Below, one piece after another: positions 1 through 9,428 of a DNA stretch of 64,000 nucleotides (its first letter is position 1; every line of letters begins with the position of its first letter). The notes under the pieces are model-generated. The model was not told where the DNA came from. It worked only from the letters and a program-made list of their open reading frames with translations, and ran no database searches. Origin of the DNA: a virus; IMG/VR virus record IMGVR_UViG_3300022903_000002, positions 32,001 through 96,000 of that record. One strand, 5' to 3'. The position numbers and the translations under genes are program-made.

Positions 1-103
1 CCGTCGGCGCACGACAACGCGTCAACTGCGACCGCGAAGACGCATACGCCGTGTGGCGGGCACTGACGACGACCCTGTTCGCTGACGGCGGCACGGCCCC
101 GAA

Positions 104-811
104 GTGGGCGATGCGTCTACCAGAAGCCAGCAGCCGGTGACCATCCCGCTGATCGTGTTGACGAACGGCCGCCGCGACTGCATCTCCCAGACGATCCCCA
201 GCATCACCAAGCACCTGACCGGCTACGGCGACATGGTCATCGTGGACGACTCCGGGGACAAGGACTATCGGGCGTGGCTTGCCGTCGAGTTCCCGGACGC
301 TCTCGTCACTGCCGTAGCCTCGGAGGCCGCCGGGTACTGGCGGGCGATGCGGACCGTCTGGGCGATCGCCCGAGGCTCCGGAGCCGACACGGTAGTGATG
401 TGGGAAGACGACTTCGTTCTCCTCGACGACATCGACGTAGCGTGCCTCGACCGCGTCCTCGACGAGCACCCATACCTGACACAGATCGCTCTGCGCCGGC
501 AGCCGTGGTTCGCCAACGAGATCGCGCACGGCGGGACGCTGGAAGCCCTGGAAGTGCAGGGCCAGACGTTCGCCGAGACCAGCGACGGCAGACACCATTG
601 GATCGAGCACCGCGCCTGCTTCACCGGCAACCCGTGCTTCATCCGGCGCAGGACATTCGAGCGCGACTGGCCCGAGGGCGCATGGTCGGAGTCCCGCTTC
701 GGCCGGCTCCTCTTCGCCGACCCTGACGCCCGTGGCGCGTACTGGGGACGTCGCAGCGACCCGCCCCACGTGGAGCACATCGGACACGAGCGGGTCGGGA
801 CGGAGTATTAG
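104..811 (+). CDS. GT2-like glycosyltransferase
   Basis: IVLTNGR...VIVDDSGD N-terminus, MWEDDF acidic motif, C-terminal HIG; true start may be GTG near 137. Confidence 0.7.
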   Translation: MGDASTRSQQPVTIPLIVLTNGRRDCISQTIPSITKHLTGYGDMVIVDDSGDKDYRAWLAVEFPDALVTAVASEAAGYWRAMRTVWAIARGSGADTVVMWEDDFVLLDDIDVACLDRVLDEHPYLTQIALRRQPWFANEIAHGGTLEALEVQGQTFAETSDGRHHWIEHRACFTGNPCFIRRRTFERDWPEGAWSESRFGRLLFADPDARGAYWGRRSDPPHVEHIGHERVGTEY

Positions 812-813
812 TA

Positions 814-1041
814 ATGGACAGCCTCGAAGCTCTTCAGCGGGCAGTGCTCGACGCGGAGCGCATCTACGGCATAATCCGCGACGATCTCCAGCGTCAGCTT
901 GACGCGGATGGCCATCAGCACCTGACGCCAGAACAGATGCGCGATCCGAACGGCCGATTCATCCTCCTGGACGCGCTCACCGCGATCGTCAATGCGCGGG
1001 CCACTCAGCTATGGGCCACACAGTCACTCGACCGCTCTTAA
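814..1041 (+). CDS. hypothetical protein
   Basis: ATG 3 nt after the GT stop; 75 aa. Confidence 0.6.
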   Translation: MDSLEALQRAVLDAERIYGIIRDDLQRQLDADGHQHLTPEQMRDPNGRFILLDALTAIVNARATQLWATQSLDRS

Positions 1042-1066
1042 AACATCTTCTGAGGTGGCTGCCGCC

Positions 1067-1630
1067 ATGGCTTTGAACGACCACGCCTCCACACTCCGCC
1101 AGGCAGCACTCGACGCCTCACAGCGCCTCCACGCCCAGATCGAAGGCGAGTTCGCTCTCCGCCCCGGCGTCGACCGCAACGAGACCACCCTCGACGCCGA
1201 ATTCGACATCCGCTCCACCGCCGAGACCTTCTACGCCTGGCTGAACGGCACCACCCACCTCAGCCTCGAACGCGGCCCAGTCACGAAGCAGACCCCCGGC
1301 AGCCCCGCCGGTACAACCCTGAACGAGGAGAGCACTGTGCAGATCCATGACGACGAGCAGTTCACCCTGTCCGTCCACACCACCGACGCCAAGGGCTTCG
1401 AAACCAGCGACCAGATCGACTGGGCCGTCGACAACACCGACGCCGTCACCCTCCAGGTCTCCGACGACGGCCGCTCCTGCACCGTCGTAGCTGGCCAGCC
1501 CGGCTCGGCCGTGATCACGGTGACGGACTCCGCCACCGACCCGGTCCTGTCCGCGACCGAAGCCGTCGACGTGGTCGCGGGCGGTACGGCGACGATCACC
1601 CTGACCGAGGGCGACGTCACCAAGCAGTAG
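1067..1630 (+). CDS. protein with C-terminal Ig-like (Big_2-like) domain; probable second in-frame start at 1337
   Basis: GAGGTGG before ATG 1067; GAGGAG before GTG 1337; Thr/Val-rich beta-strand pattern (IDWAVDN...CTVVAGQPGSAVITVT). Confidence 0.55.
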   Translation: MALNDHASTLRQAALDASQRLHAQIEGEFALRPGVDRNETTLDAEFDIRSTAETFYAWLNGTTHLSLERGPVTKQTPGSPAGTTLNEESTVQIHDDEQFTLSVHTTDAKGFETSDQIDWAVDNTDAVTLQVSDDGRSCTVVAGQPGSAVITVTDSATDPVLSATEAVDVVAGGTATITLTEGDVTKQ

Positions 1631-1661
1631 GTCTCAAGCTCCCGGCCTGCCTCGTACTTTC

Positions 1662-1708
1662 TGGAAGTGGGGCGTGCGTGCGCAGGTCGGGTCAAAGCCC
1701 CACTTCCA
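1662..1708 (+). promoter_or_regulatory. 12-bp inverted repeat (hairpin or terminator)
   Basis: TGGAAGTGGGGC ... GCCCCACTTCCA in the intergenic region. Confidence 0.45.
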
Positions 1709-1723
1709 ACTCAAGGATCGCTC

Positions 1724-2005
1724 ATGCAGAGCAAGCTTCCTGATCGCGACACTCGCGAATACGAGTGGTGGCTCGCAGGCGCTACCGCCGAGGTTGAGGC
1801 ACGCAAGGAAGGCCGCAGCAAACCCGGACTTCAGGTGCGCAGCTTCGTTGATGGGCTCGCCGAACACTATGGCGAGCTTGACGAGGCGCAGATCGCCGCA
1901 TTTGTGTTCAAGGTCTACACGGCTGGCCTGCCGCTGCGGATTCGGATCCGTCTTGCCCTGAAGGGCCCCACGTTCTCACCGCGCGGTAAGGGCAGTAATG
2001 GGTGA
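1724..2005 (+). CDS. hypothetical protein
   Basis: AAGGA before ATG 1724. Confidence 0.5.
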   Translation: MQSKLPDRDTREYEWWLAGATAEVEARKEGRSKPGLQVRSFVDGLAEHYGELDEAQIAAFVFKVYTAGLPLRIRIRLALKGPTFSPRGKGSNG

Positions 2006-2216
2006 GCCCCGCCGCTTCTACCTCCAGCGCGATACCGACGTAACCGGCGCGAGCGGTGTCGGCCGTGTCGCTGACGGCATTCTCTGGCCCGACGGCACCG
2101 CAACCGTCCACTGGCGAGGTGAGGACAACAGCGAAGTGTCCTGGCCGACCGGAATCGCAGGCATCGAACGCCGCTCCGGCCACGGCGGTGCGACCCGCAT
2201 CGTCTGGATCGACTGA
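1998..2216 (+). CDS. conserved actinophage small protein
   Basis: RRFYLQRDTDVTGASGVGRVADGILWPDG motif; overlaps upstream stop. Confidence 0.7.
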   Translation: MGEPRRFYLQRDTDVTGASGVGRVADGILWPDGTATVHWRGEDNSEVSWPTGIAGIERRSGHGGATRIVWID

Positions 2217-2233
2217 CAGGGGAAGGCCAGGTC

Positions 2234-2458
2234 ATGCCAGCCCACCAGAAGGCATACCGCCGCATCTTCGACATGGTCGCCCAGGCGAAATCCAGTAGAG
2301 ACCAAGACCGCTGGCTGGATGAGGCTCTGGACCTCCGGCAGCGGGCAACAGACTGGGACGCCGACCAATGGGGTTTCAACCCCGACCTGTGGATGGAAGC
2401 CGAGCGCGCCGAACTCGCGAGCCGCGGCGGCAACGACTGGCCCCAGGAACGCGCGTGA
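2234..2458 (+). CDS. hypothetical protein
   Basis: Purine-rich RBS; stop overlaps next start (GTGA). Confidence 0.6.
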   Translation: MPAHQKAYRRIFDMVAQAKSSRDQDRWLDEALDLRQRATDWDADQWGFNPDLWMEAERAELASRGGNDWPQERA

Positions 2459-3171
2459 GGGTCCTTGTAGCCATTCCGTGGAGACCGCAGCCTGACCGCA
2501 TCTACGCCCACGATCTGACCGTCCAGCGCTACAGGGAGCTTCTCCCCGACGCCGACATCGTGGACGTCGACACTGACCATGACCCGTTCAGCCTCGCCGC
2601 CTGCCGCAACAAGGGCGTCCGCCTCGCCGAAGGGGACGGCCACGACGTGGTCGTACTCGGCGACGCAGACACACTCGCGGAGCAGGAGCCTCTCCTCGCC
2701 GCCATCGACAGCGCGCGCAGCAGCGGCAAGGTACACCTGCCGTACACCTTCTACAGGTCCCTCGGCTTCTACGGCACCAACCAACTACTCAACGGCTTCC
2801 CGATCGAGACCTGCGACAACGTGACCATCCCCACGGCCACGAGCGGCGTCTATGTCGCCACCCCCGCGATCTGGTGGGCATGCGGCGGCCAGGACGAACG
2901 CATGCTCGGCTGGGGCATGGAAGATGTCGCGTGGCTCGTCGCCCACCGGGCGCTACTCGGCGGTGAACCTGTCCGGCATGACGGCAGCGTCTACGCACTT
3001 CACCACGAGTCCGCAGCCAAGCAAGGCGACCAGTACGAGCGGAACGTCGCGCTCTACCACCGCTACATCGAAGCTGGCGACTCCGGAAACCCCGACGCTG
3101 TACGCGCGGTCGTCGCCGAACATGCCGACGCTGTGACCTGCGGCAAGTCAACATCGTCCACCGGCGGGTAA
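2455..3171 (+). CDS. GT2/galactosyltransferase-like glycosyltransferase
   Basis: VAIPWR, FSLAACRNKG, DAD motif, GGQDERMLGWGMED, LHH. Confidence 0.8.
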   Translation: MRVLVAIPWRPQPDRIYAHDLTVQRYRELLPDADIVDVDTDHDPFSLAACRNKGVRLAEGDGHDVVVLGDADTLAEQEPLLAAIDSARSSGKVHLPYTFYRSLGFYGTNQLLNGFPIETCDNVTIPTATSGVYVATPAIWWACGGQDERMLGWGMEDVAWLVAHRALLGGEPVRHDGSVYALHHESAAKQGDQYERNVALYHRYIEAGDSGNPDAVRAVVAEHADAVTCGKSTSSTGG

Positions 3172-3178
3172 GCAGCTC

Positions 3179-3808
3179 CTACTGCCCGACCGCACTGATG
3201 CGCACCTGGGAACTCTTAGGCCCGTAGTCGACCCGGTACAACGGACTCCCTGCACTGTCGGTCACCTCAAGCGCACCCGGCCCGCCAGGGATGTTGTACA
3301 TCCACACGCCGGACACATACCTACCAGGCGACGGAGCCGGCTGTTCGATACCCGCCCACTCCTGACCCAGGCCATGACACGTACCTATCGTCCCCGGAGT
3401 CGTATCCGCCTGCCGCCCATCAAGCCCGAACCACTGCGACCCCGTCTGCGCATCAGTATCGTCACTGGAGTATTTGACCGTCCCGACGTTCCGCAACTTG
3501 AAGCTGACACACAGCGTCACAGTGCCCTTCGGATCCGAAGATGCCCGCGGCCGGGTCTTGAGCCCCGTCACGGTGATCTCCAAGTTCGCTGCACCTTCCG
3601 CTGTCGGCATCTGGTACTTGAACGGCCGCCCTACCTGGACCGCCGGCACGGGGATGTCGCTGGTCTTCGCGGTCGGCATGCACTCAGGGACCGCCTCATC
3701 GCACGGCTTGCCCGACTGAGCCCGCTTACCTGAAGCCTTGTGTTCCGCTCCGCCGCAGCCCGCAAGTGACAGGGCAAGCGCAGCGGTTACGAGGAGTGTC
3801 GTTTTCAT
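3179..3808 (-). CDS. lipoprotein (moron-like)
   Basis: Signal peptide MKTTLLVTAALALSLAGC with lipobox LAGC; opposite strand to neighbours. Confidence 0.7.
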   Translation of the reverse strand: MKTTLLVTAALALSLAGCGGAEHKASGKRAQSGKPCDEAVPECMPTAKTSDIPVPAVQVGRPFKYQMPTAEGAANLEITVTGLKTRPRASSDPKGTVTLCVSFKLRNVGTVKYSSDDTDAQTGSQWFGLDGRQADTTPGTIGTCHGLGQEWAGIEQPAPSPGRYVSGVWMYNIPGGPGALEVTDSAGSPLYRVDYGPKSSQVRISAVGQ

Positions 3809-3981
3809 GACAGAGGGGACGGGCGAACTGCCCAGGTGGTTCGCACCGCCGCCGGATCCGGCCATGCGGGACTGTCGTAGATGCGTGAGACACTAGATCA
3901 GACGTTCGAACTTAATAAGAGACCCCCGCGAGTGCTACCAACACTCCGGGGGCATGGCCGACCTGATGAGAGCAGATCGAC

Positions 3982-4800
3982 ATGACAGAGGCTACCCCCA
4001 AGTACTGTGCCGCCTGCGGAACGCCGTTTGCAGATGAGTCGCCGACAGGTAACAGGCGGTTCTGTTGTCGCAGGTGCTGGCGTCGGGCCAAGGAGCGGAG
4101 ATCGCGGGGCGTCTCAGAGCGAGATGTAGCTACGGTTTCGGATTGCGTGGCATGCGGAGCATCCCTCGCCGGGCGTCCGCACGGGACCAGACACTGCTCG
4201 AACGCCTGTTACCAGCGGGCGAGGAGACGCGAGAGGCTTGGCCAGCCGATAGCTGACCGAGCTGAGGAGATCGCCTGTCGGCGCTGCGGAGACCTGGTAT
4301 ATCGCCAGCACTGGTCCTTCACGCTGTACTGCTCCAAACGGTGTCGCGAGGCATACAACGCGTACCGCTACTTCAAGATGAGACGCCCCGAGATCGAACG
4401 AGCGTGCTTGGCGTGCGGTGCACCGATCTCCCCAGACGACACGCTCAGCAAGAAGTACTGCGATAGGCGATGCGCGGGACGCAATCGGTCGCCAGACGTC
4501 ATCTTCAGGTACGTGAATGCACGTCGCGCCTTGCTCTCCGGAGCCACAGCGCGTCGCGTCCCAAAGCGGGTACTGAGGCGTCTACGGTCAGCGATCTGCT
4601 TCTACTGCGGGAGCAAAGCCAACACTGTGGATCATGTGGTGCCTCTATCTCGTGGAGGCCAGCACGCAGAGGGCAACCTCGTACCTGCGTGCCGATCGTG
4701 CAACAGCAGCAAGGCCGACAAACTGTTGATCGAGTGGAGGTTGTGGCGCCGTGGTCGAGAACTCGCCGAACGACGTTCAGAAAGTTCAGCGGCTGCGTGA
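3982..4800 (+). CDS. HNH endonuclease with four N-terminal Cys-rich zinc-finger repeats
   Basis: Repeated CxxCG...CxxxC units; CFYCG...DHVVPLSRGG...NLVPACRSCNSSK. Confidence 0.9.
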   Translation: MTEATPKYCAACGTPFADESPTGNRRFCCRRCWRRAKERRSRGVSERDVATVSDCVACGASLAGRPHGTRHCSNACYQRARRRERLGQPIADRAEEIACRRCGDLVYRQHWSFTLYCSKRCREAYNAYRYFKMRRPEIERACLACGAPISPDDTLSKKYCDRRCAGRNRSPDVIFRYVNARRALLSGATARRVPKRVLRRLRSAICFYCGSKANTVDHVVPLSRGGQHAEGNLVPACRSCNSSKADKLLIEWRLWRRGRELAERRSESSAAA

Positions 4801-5002
4801 CTGGGCAGTAAGCGGCCCGGGCCGAGCCCTCTTCAACTGGGGCACAGCTGGCGACTTCGCTAGGTGCGAGGCGTTCTATAAGGGCAAGATGCCCGAGCGG
4901 ATGATCCCTGGCTGGTGCGCCACGCTCCACAAGCTCGCTACTGGCGCAACACCCGGCCACGCTCCCGGAGAAGAAGTGGCACGCAAGACCACAGGCCACT
5001 AG
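4751..5002 (+). CDS. conserved phage protein
   Basis: WGTAGDFARC...GWCATLH motif; GGAGG upstream; overlaps HNH 3' end. Confidence 0.6.
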   Translation: MVENSPNDVQKVQRLRDWAVSGPGRALFNWGTAGDFARCEAFYKGKMPERMIPGWCATLHKLATGATPGHAPGEEVARKTTGH

Positions 5003-5004
5003 CA

Positions 5005-5340
5005 ATGGCAAGACGCATCCAAGAGAACCCACGTGACCGGGTCGAGTCCGCAGGGCAGTGGCGCTCAGCACCTCGACCCGTCGACTGGCCGGCCCGGGTC
5101 GAAGCTGTACTAGCTAGGGACAGGGCCTGTCGATGGGATGGCCTCGGCGTCATGTGCGGCAGCATCGAGAGGCTTGAGGTCGACCACATCGGTGACCCTC
5201 GAGACCACAGGCTCGAGAACCTTCGAGTGTTGTGTCATCGCCATCATGCGAAGCGCACCGCGCTCCAATCGGCAGCAGCGCGACAGGCAAAGCGCATCCC
5301 GCGGACCAGGCCGAAGGAGCAGCATCCCGGCCTTCTCTGA
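5005..5340 (+). CDS. small HNH endonuclease (packaging-associated type)
   Basis: VLARDRAC...EVDHIGDPRDHRLENLRVLCHRHH; lies immediately before the terminase genes. Confidence 0.8.
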   Translation: MARRIQENPRDRVESAGQWRSAPRPVDWPARVEAVLARDRACRWDGLGVMCGSIERLEVDHIGDPRDHRLENLRVLCHRHHAKRTALQSAAARQAKRIPRTRPKEQHPGLL

Positions 5341-5344
5341 TCGC

Positions 5345-5460
5345 TGTAGTCACGCCCCGTGAGGGTGGGGGGAGCCCCCAAGGCCATCCATGAGCGAGCC
5401 CGCTAGCGTATTGCGCCTGCCAGTCAGTACGGGTTCAGAAGCCGTGAACAGCGATTCAAA
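5345..5460. other. putative cos/packaging-site region
   Basis: Non-coding gap between small HNH and terS containing a G-run (GGGTGGGGG); inferred from position only. Confidence 0.35.
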
Positions 5461-5486
5461 TCTTGGATGACTGCGGGAGGTGGCCG

Positions 5487-5912
5487 ATGCCTGGTCCCGT
5501 TCCGAATCGTTCCGACCAGCGGCGACGCCGGAACAAGGAGCCTGGCGGGGGAGTCACCCGCTCGGCTGGCGCCGAGAAGGTCGTCGCTCCTCCTGCTGAG
5601 CCTCATTGGCATTCGCTCGCGGTCGACTGGTATGAGAGTCTCGCGAAGTCGGGTCAGAGCGCCTTCTATGAGCCCAGCGATTGGGCCACGGCACGCTATG
5701 TAGCTGAGGCGATGTCTCGGAATCTTGAGAACAGCCGGTTCTCGGCGCAGCTCTTCGCGGCCGTGATGGCTGCCTCTACGACGCTCCTGGTTACCGAGGG
5801 AGATCGCCGGCGTTTGCGGGTCGAGTTGGAGCGGGCTGCCGCTGCGGTCGATGCCGATGAGGAGGCGGCGGTCGCTGAGCTCGATGAGTGGCGTGACCGA
5901 CTCTCCGGCTAA
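5487..5912 (+). CDS. terS: terminase small subunit
   Basis: MPGPVPNRSDQRRRRN start, WYESL..SGQ..FYEPSDW, LLVTEGDRRRLRVEL; GGGAGG RBS. Confidence 0.85.
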   Translation: MPGPVPNRSDQRRRRNKEPGGGVTRSAGAEKVVAPPAEPHWHSLAVDWYESLAKSGQSAFYEPSDWATARYVAEAMSRNLENSRFSAQLFAAVMAASTTLLVTEGDRRRLRVELERAAAAVDADEEAAVAELDEWRDRLSG

Positions 5913-7539
5913 CCGGCTCGTTACGCTCCCTTCGGGTGTTCCGGAGTTCACGCTCGGCTGGGAGGTCGTGCGTTGGGCCGGGATGTATTTGAAGCATCCG
6001 AATGGGCCGCGGGCTGGTCAGCGGTGGAAGTTCGTGGAGAGCCAGATCCGTTTCCTCCTTTGGTGGTATGCGGTTGATGAGGACGCGAACTGGCTGTTCC
6101 ATCACGGTGTCCGCCGGCTGAGTAAGGGGTCTGGGAAGTCGCCGTTCGCTGCGTTGATGGCGTTGGCGGAGTTGTGCGCGCCGGTTCGGGTGGACTATTT
6201 CGACCCGAAGGCGCCGGGCGGGCTGGTCGGTAAGCCGGTTGATATGCCGCTGGTGCAGATCGCTGCTACGGCGGAGTCGCAGACTGCGAACACTATGCGG
6301 ATGGTGCGGGCGTTCGCTCCGAAGGGTTCCCGCCTGGTCCAGGAGTACAAGCTCGATCCGGGGAAGACGAAGTATTACAAGGCCCCGGAGGGCACGCTCG
6401 AGGTCATCACGTCGTCAACGACCGCGGCGGAGGGCGCTGAGGCGAGCTTCATCGTCGGCGATGAGACGGAGCATTGGAAGCCGTCGAATGGTGGCCCGGA
6501 GCTCGCGGCGACGCTCGAGGACAACCTCACGAAGAGCGGCTCGCGGATGCTGGAGACCTGCAACGCGTGGGTTCCCGGTTTGGGGACGGTTGCGGAGACG
6601 TCGTATGACGGCTGGCTCGCGCAGGAGGAAGGCCGGACCCGCGGCGAGTCGAAGGTGTTGTACGACGCGCGGATCGCCCCTCCGGAGACGGATCTGACGG
6701 ACGAGGCGTCGCTGATGGTGGCGCTGGAGTTCGTCTACGAGGACTGTTTCTGGCAGAAGCTTCGGCCGATCATGGAGCGGATCTGGGATCCGCGGTCGAA
6801 GCCGGATGATTCCAAGCGTAAGTATTTGAACTGGCCGACGGCGGCGCAGGATGCGTGGACGACGAAGGAATCCTGGGCGGCGTGTACTGACGTGACGCAG
6901 GTTGTCGCTGACGGTGAAGAGATCGTTGCTTTCTTCGACGGGTCGAAGTCCCGGGATGCGACTGCGTTGATCGGTTGCCGCGTGTCGGACGGTTTCGTCT
7001 TTACGGTCGGCGTGTGGGAGCCGGACACGACGCACACCACCGAGTCGGTTGTGCCTGTCGGGCAGGTCGACGCGGCTGTGGAGCAGATGTTCTCGCGCTG
7101 GGATGTGCTGGCGTTCTTCGCGGACGTCAAGGAGTGGGAAGGGTTCACGAAGGTCACCTGGCCGGAGCGGTACACCGAGGACCTTCTGCTTCATTCCGTT
7201 CCGTCCGGTAATGACCCGCAGGTGATCGCGTGGGACATGCGGTCTCACACCTATGACTTCACGCTCGCTTGTGAGTTGACCGAGGCGGAGATCCGGGACC
7301 GTGGGTTTGCTCACGATGGCGACTCGCGTGTGTTGCGGCATGTGACGAACGCTCGCCGCCGGCCGAACCGCTATGGGGTCTCGATCGGTAAGGAATCGCC
7401 GGACAGCCCCAACAAGATCGATGCCGCGGTTTGTGTTGTCGGTGCACGGATGGTGCGCCGGAAACTGCTGGCTTCACCGGAGTGGAAGAAACGCTCGGCG
7501 AAGAAGACCCGAACTGGCCGTGTGTACGGATTCTCCTAA
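5884..7539 (+). CDS. terL: terminase large subunit
   Basis: Walker A-like KGSGKS, Walker B IVGDE, nuclease FFDGSKSRDATAL and KIDAAV. Confidence 0.92.
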   Translation: MSGVTDSPANRLVTLPSGVPEFTLGWEVVRWAGMYLKHPNGPRAGQRWKFVESQIRFLLWWYAVDEDANWLFHHGVRRLSKGSGKSPFAALMALAELCAPVRVDYFDPKAPGGLVGKPVDMPLVQIAATAESQTANTMRMVRAFAPKGSRLVQEYKLDPGKTKYYKAPEGTLEVITSSTTAAEGAEASFIVGDETEHWKPSNGGPELAATLEDNLTKSGSRMLETCNAWVPGLGTVAETSYDGWLAQEEGRTRGESKVLYDARIAPPETDLTDEASLMVALEFVYEDCFWQKLRPIMERIWDPRSKPDDSKRKYLNWPTAAQDAWTTKESWAACTDVTQVVADGEEIVAFFDGSKSRDATALIGCRVSDGFVFTVGVWEPDTTHTTESVVPVGQVDAAVEQMFSRWDVLAFFADVKEWEGFTKVTWPERYTEDLLLHSVPSGNDPQVIAWDMRSHTYDFTLACELTEAEIRDRGFAHDGDSRVLRHVTNARRRPNRYGVSIGKESPDSPNKIDAAVCVVGARMVRRKLLASPEWKKRSAKKTRTGRVYGFS

Positions 7540-7551
7540 GGGGGGTTGCTC

Positions 7552-9000
7552 GTGGCCCCGCTGGCGGAAGGTAATGCGATCAGCATCGCGACAAAGCTAC
7601 TGGCGAAGCGTGAGGACGAGCAGCCCCGTTTGCAGAAGATCGCCGCGTACATGCGTGGTGACCAGGCGTCGGTGTATGTCCCGAAGGGCGCCCGCCAGGA
7701 GTATCGGTGGCTGATTCGCCGGGCCAAGGTCAACATGCTGCCGCTGGTTGTCACGGCTGTGGCGCAGGCGCTGTTCGTGGATGGGTATCGGCCGGAGAAG
7801 TCCTCGGATAACGCCCGAGCGTGGGGTTACTGGCAGGCGAACCGGATGGACGGCCGTCAGCATGGCCTGCACCGGTCGGCGCTGAAGTACGGGGTGGCGT
7901 ACAACGTCGTCCTCCCGGGTGAGCTCGCCGGCCAGAAGATGCCCGTGATCACCCCGAAGTCGCCGCGACGGATGACGGCGTTCTACGCGGATCCGATCGA
8001 TGATGAGTGGCCGCTGTTCGCGATCGAGGAGATGGTCGTGAACCTCGCGCCCGGTAAGGCGCAGCGGCAGGTTCTTCTCTACGACGACAATTTTCGGTAT
8101 CCGCTTGTCGGGGATGTGAAGCGCGGTGCGAAGCTCGAGCTTGACGCCGCTGGTGTCGCGGAGCATGGCCTCGGGGTGTGCCCGGTCGTCCGGTACCGCG
8201 ACGGCGATGACCTCGACGGCGATGAGTGTGTCCGCGGTGAGGTCGAGCCCCTGTTTGATGTTCAGGACCAGCTGAATTCGACGACGTTCGGCCGGATGAT
8301 GGCTGAGACCTACGCGGCTTTCAGGCAGCGTTGGGCGACGGGCATGGTCGCTGAGGATGAGAACGGTAATCCGCAGGCACCGTTCCAGGCGATGGTCGAC
8401 AAGCTGTGGGTTGCGACGGACTCGGACACGAAGTTCGGTGAGTTCTCCCAGACGGATTTGGCGGGGTATTTGGAGAGTGCTGAGGCGTCGATCAAGAACA
8501 TGGCGACGATGTCGCAGACGCCCCCGCACAACCTGCTGGGCGCCATGGTCAATCTCAGCGCAGAAGCTCTCAACGCTGCCAGAGACGGCCTGAACTCGAA
8601 GATCGCGGAACGCAAGAGCGTGTTCGGTGAGGCGCACGAGCAGACCCTCCGTCTGGCAGCGCATGCCGCCGATGATGACTCCGGGTGGAACGACATGTCC
8701 GCTCAGGTCGTGTGGCGTGACACGGAGGCGAGGAGCCTTGCGCAGACGGTCGATGCGCTCGGGAAACTCGTTCAGATGCTGGGTGTGCCGCCCGAGGTGC
8801 TGTGGGAGAAGATCCCCGGCGTCACACAAACCGACGTGAAGCGCTGGCAGGACGCCGCGGAGAAGGGCGATGCGATCGCCCAGTTGGACGGAATGATCGA
8901 CCGGCAGATGAGTCCCGCTGTGCCGGCACCGAACGGTTCGCGTGTGACGGCATCACCGACTGCCGAGCCGCCCGCACTGACGTCAGGGAGAGCCGGTTAA
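7552..9000 (+). CDS. portal protein (SPP1 gp6-like)
   Basis: About 480 aa after terL; WQANRMD, HGLGVCPVV, AFRQRWATG, NLSAEAL, WRDTEARSLAQ. Confidence 0.9.
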   Translation: MAPLAEGNAISIATKLLAKREDEQPRLQKIAAYMRGDQASVYVPKGARQEYRWLIRRAKVNMLPLVVTAVAQALFVDGYRPEKSSDNARAWGYWQANRMDGRQHGLHRSALKYGVAYNVVLPGELAGQKMPVITPKSPRRMTAFYADPIDDEWPLFAIEEMVVNLAPGKAQRQVLLYDDNFRYPLVGDVKRGAKLELDAAGVAEHGLGVCPVVRYRDGDDLDGDECVRGEVEPLFDVQDQLNSTTFGRMMAETYAAFRQRWATGMVAEDENGNPQAPFQAMVDKLWVATDSDTKFGEFSQTDLAGYLESAEASIKNMATMSQTPPHNLLGAMVNLSAEALNAARDGLNSKIAERKSVFGEAHEQTLRLAAHAADDDSGWNDMSAQVVWRDTEARSLAQTVDALGKLVQMLGVPPEVLWEKIPGVTQTDVKRWQDAAEKGDAIAQLDGMIDRQMSPAVPAPNGSRVTASPTAEPPALTSGRAG

Positions 9001-9428
9001 TGTTCGATTCGTCGCAGCATCCGAGAGCGGCAGCGGGCGCTGCATCTGGCGGGCAGTTCATCTCCTACGACTCGGAGAAGAAACACGGCACTGGATACGG
9101 GCACAAGGACGGCGATCCGCGTGTGAAGCGTCTCCAGGAGGCGTTGAACAGGCTCGGGTTCACGGACTCCAAGAGCCGCCACCTCGAGGTGGATGGGCAG
9201 CTGGGGCCGTTGACGACGCAGGCTGTTAAGGCCGCGCAGAAGAAGCTCGGGGTGAAGGAAGACGGGCGTGTCGATGCGGCGCTGCTGAAGCGGCTGGCGA
9301 GCCTGTCGAAACACAACGTCGCGAGTATCGGCATGGACTCGCTGCTTCGTAGCGCGGCGAAGAAGACCGCTGCGAAGCGCGTCAAGAAGGCTACGACGGT
9401 CGCTACTGTCCGCAAGCCCGCGAAGTGA
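9000..9428 (+). CDS. peptidoglycan-binding domain protein
   Basis: HPR...GGQF N-terminus; VKRLQEALNRLGF...VDGQLGPLTTQAVKAAQ...DG; basic tail. Confidence 0.75.
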   Translation: MFDSSQHPRAAAGAASGGQFISYDSEKKHGTGYGHKDGDPRVKRLQEALNRLGFTDSKSRHLEVDGQLGPLTTQAVKAAQKKLGVKEDGRVDAALLKRLASLSKHNVASIGMDSLLRSAAKKTAAKRVKKATTVATVRKPAK

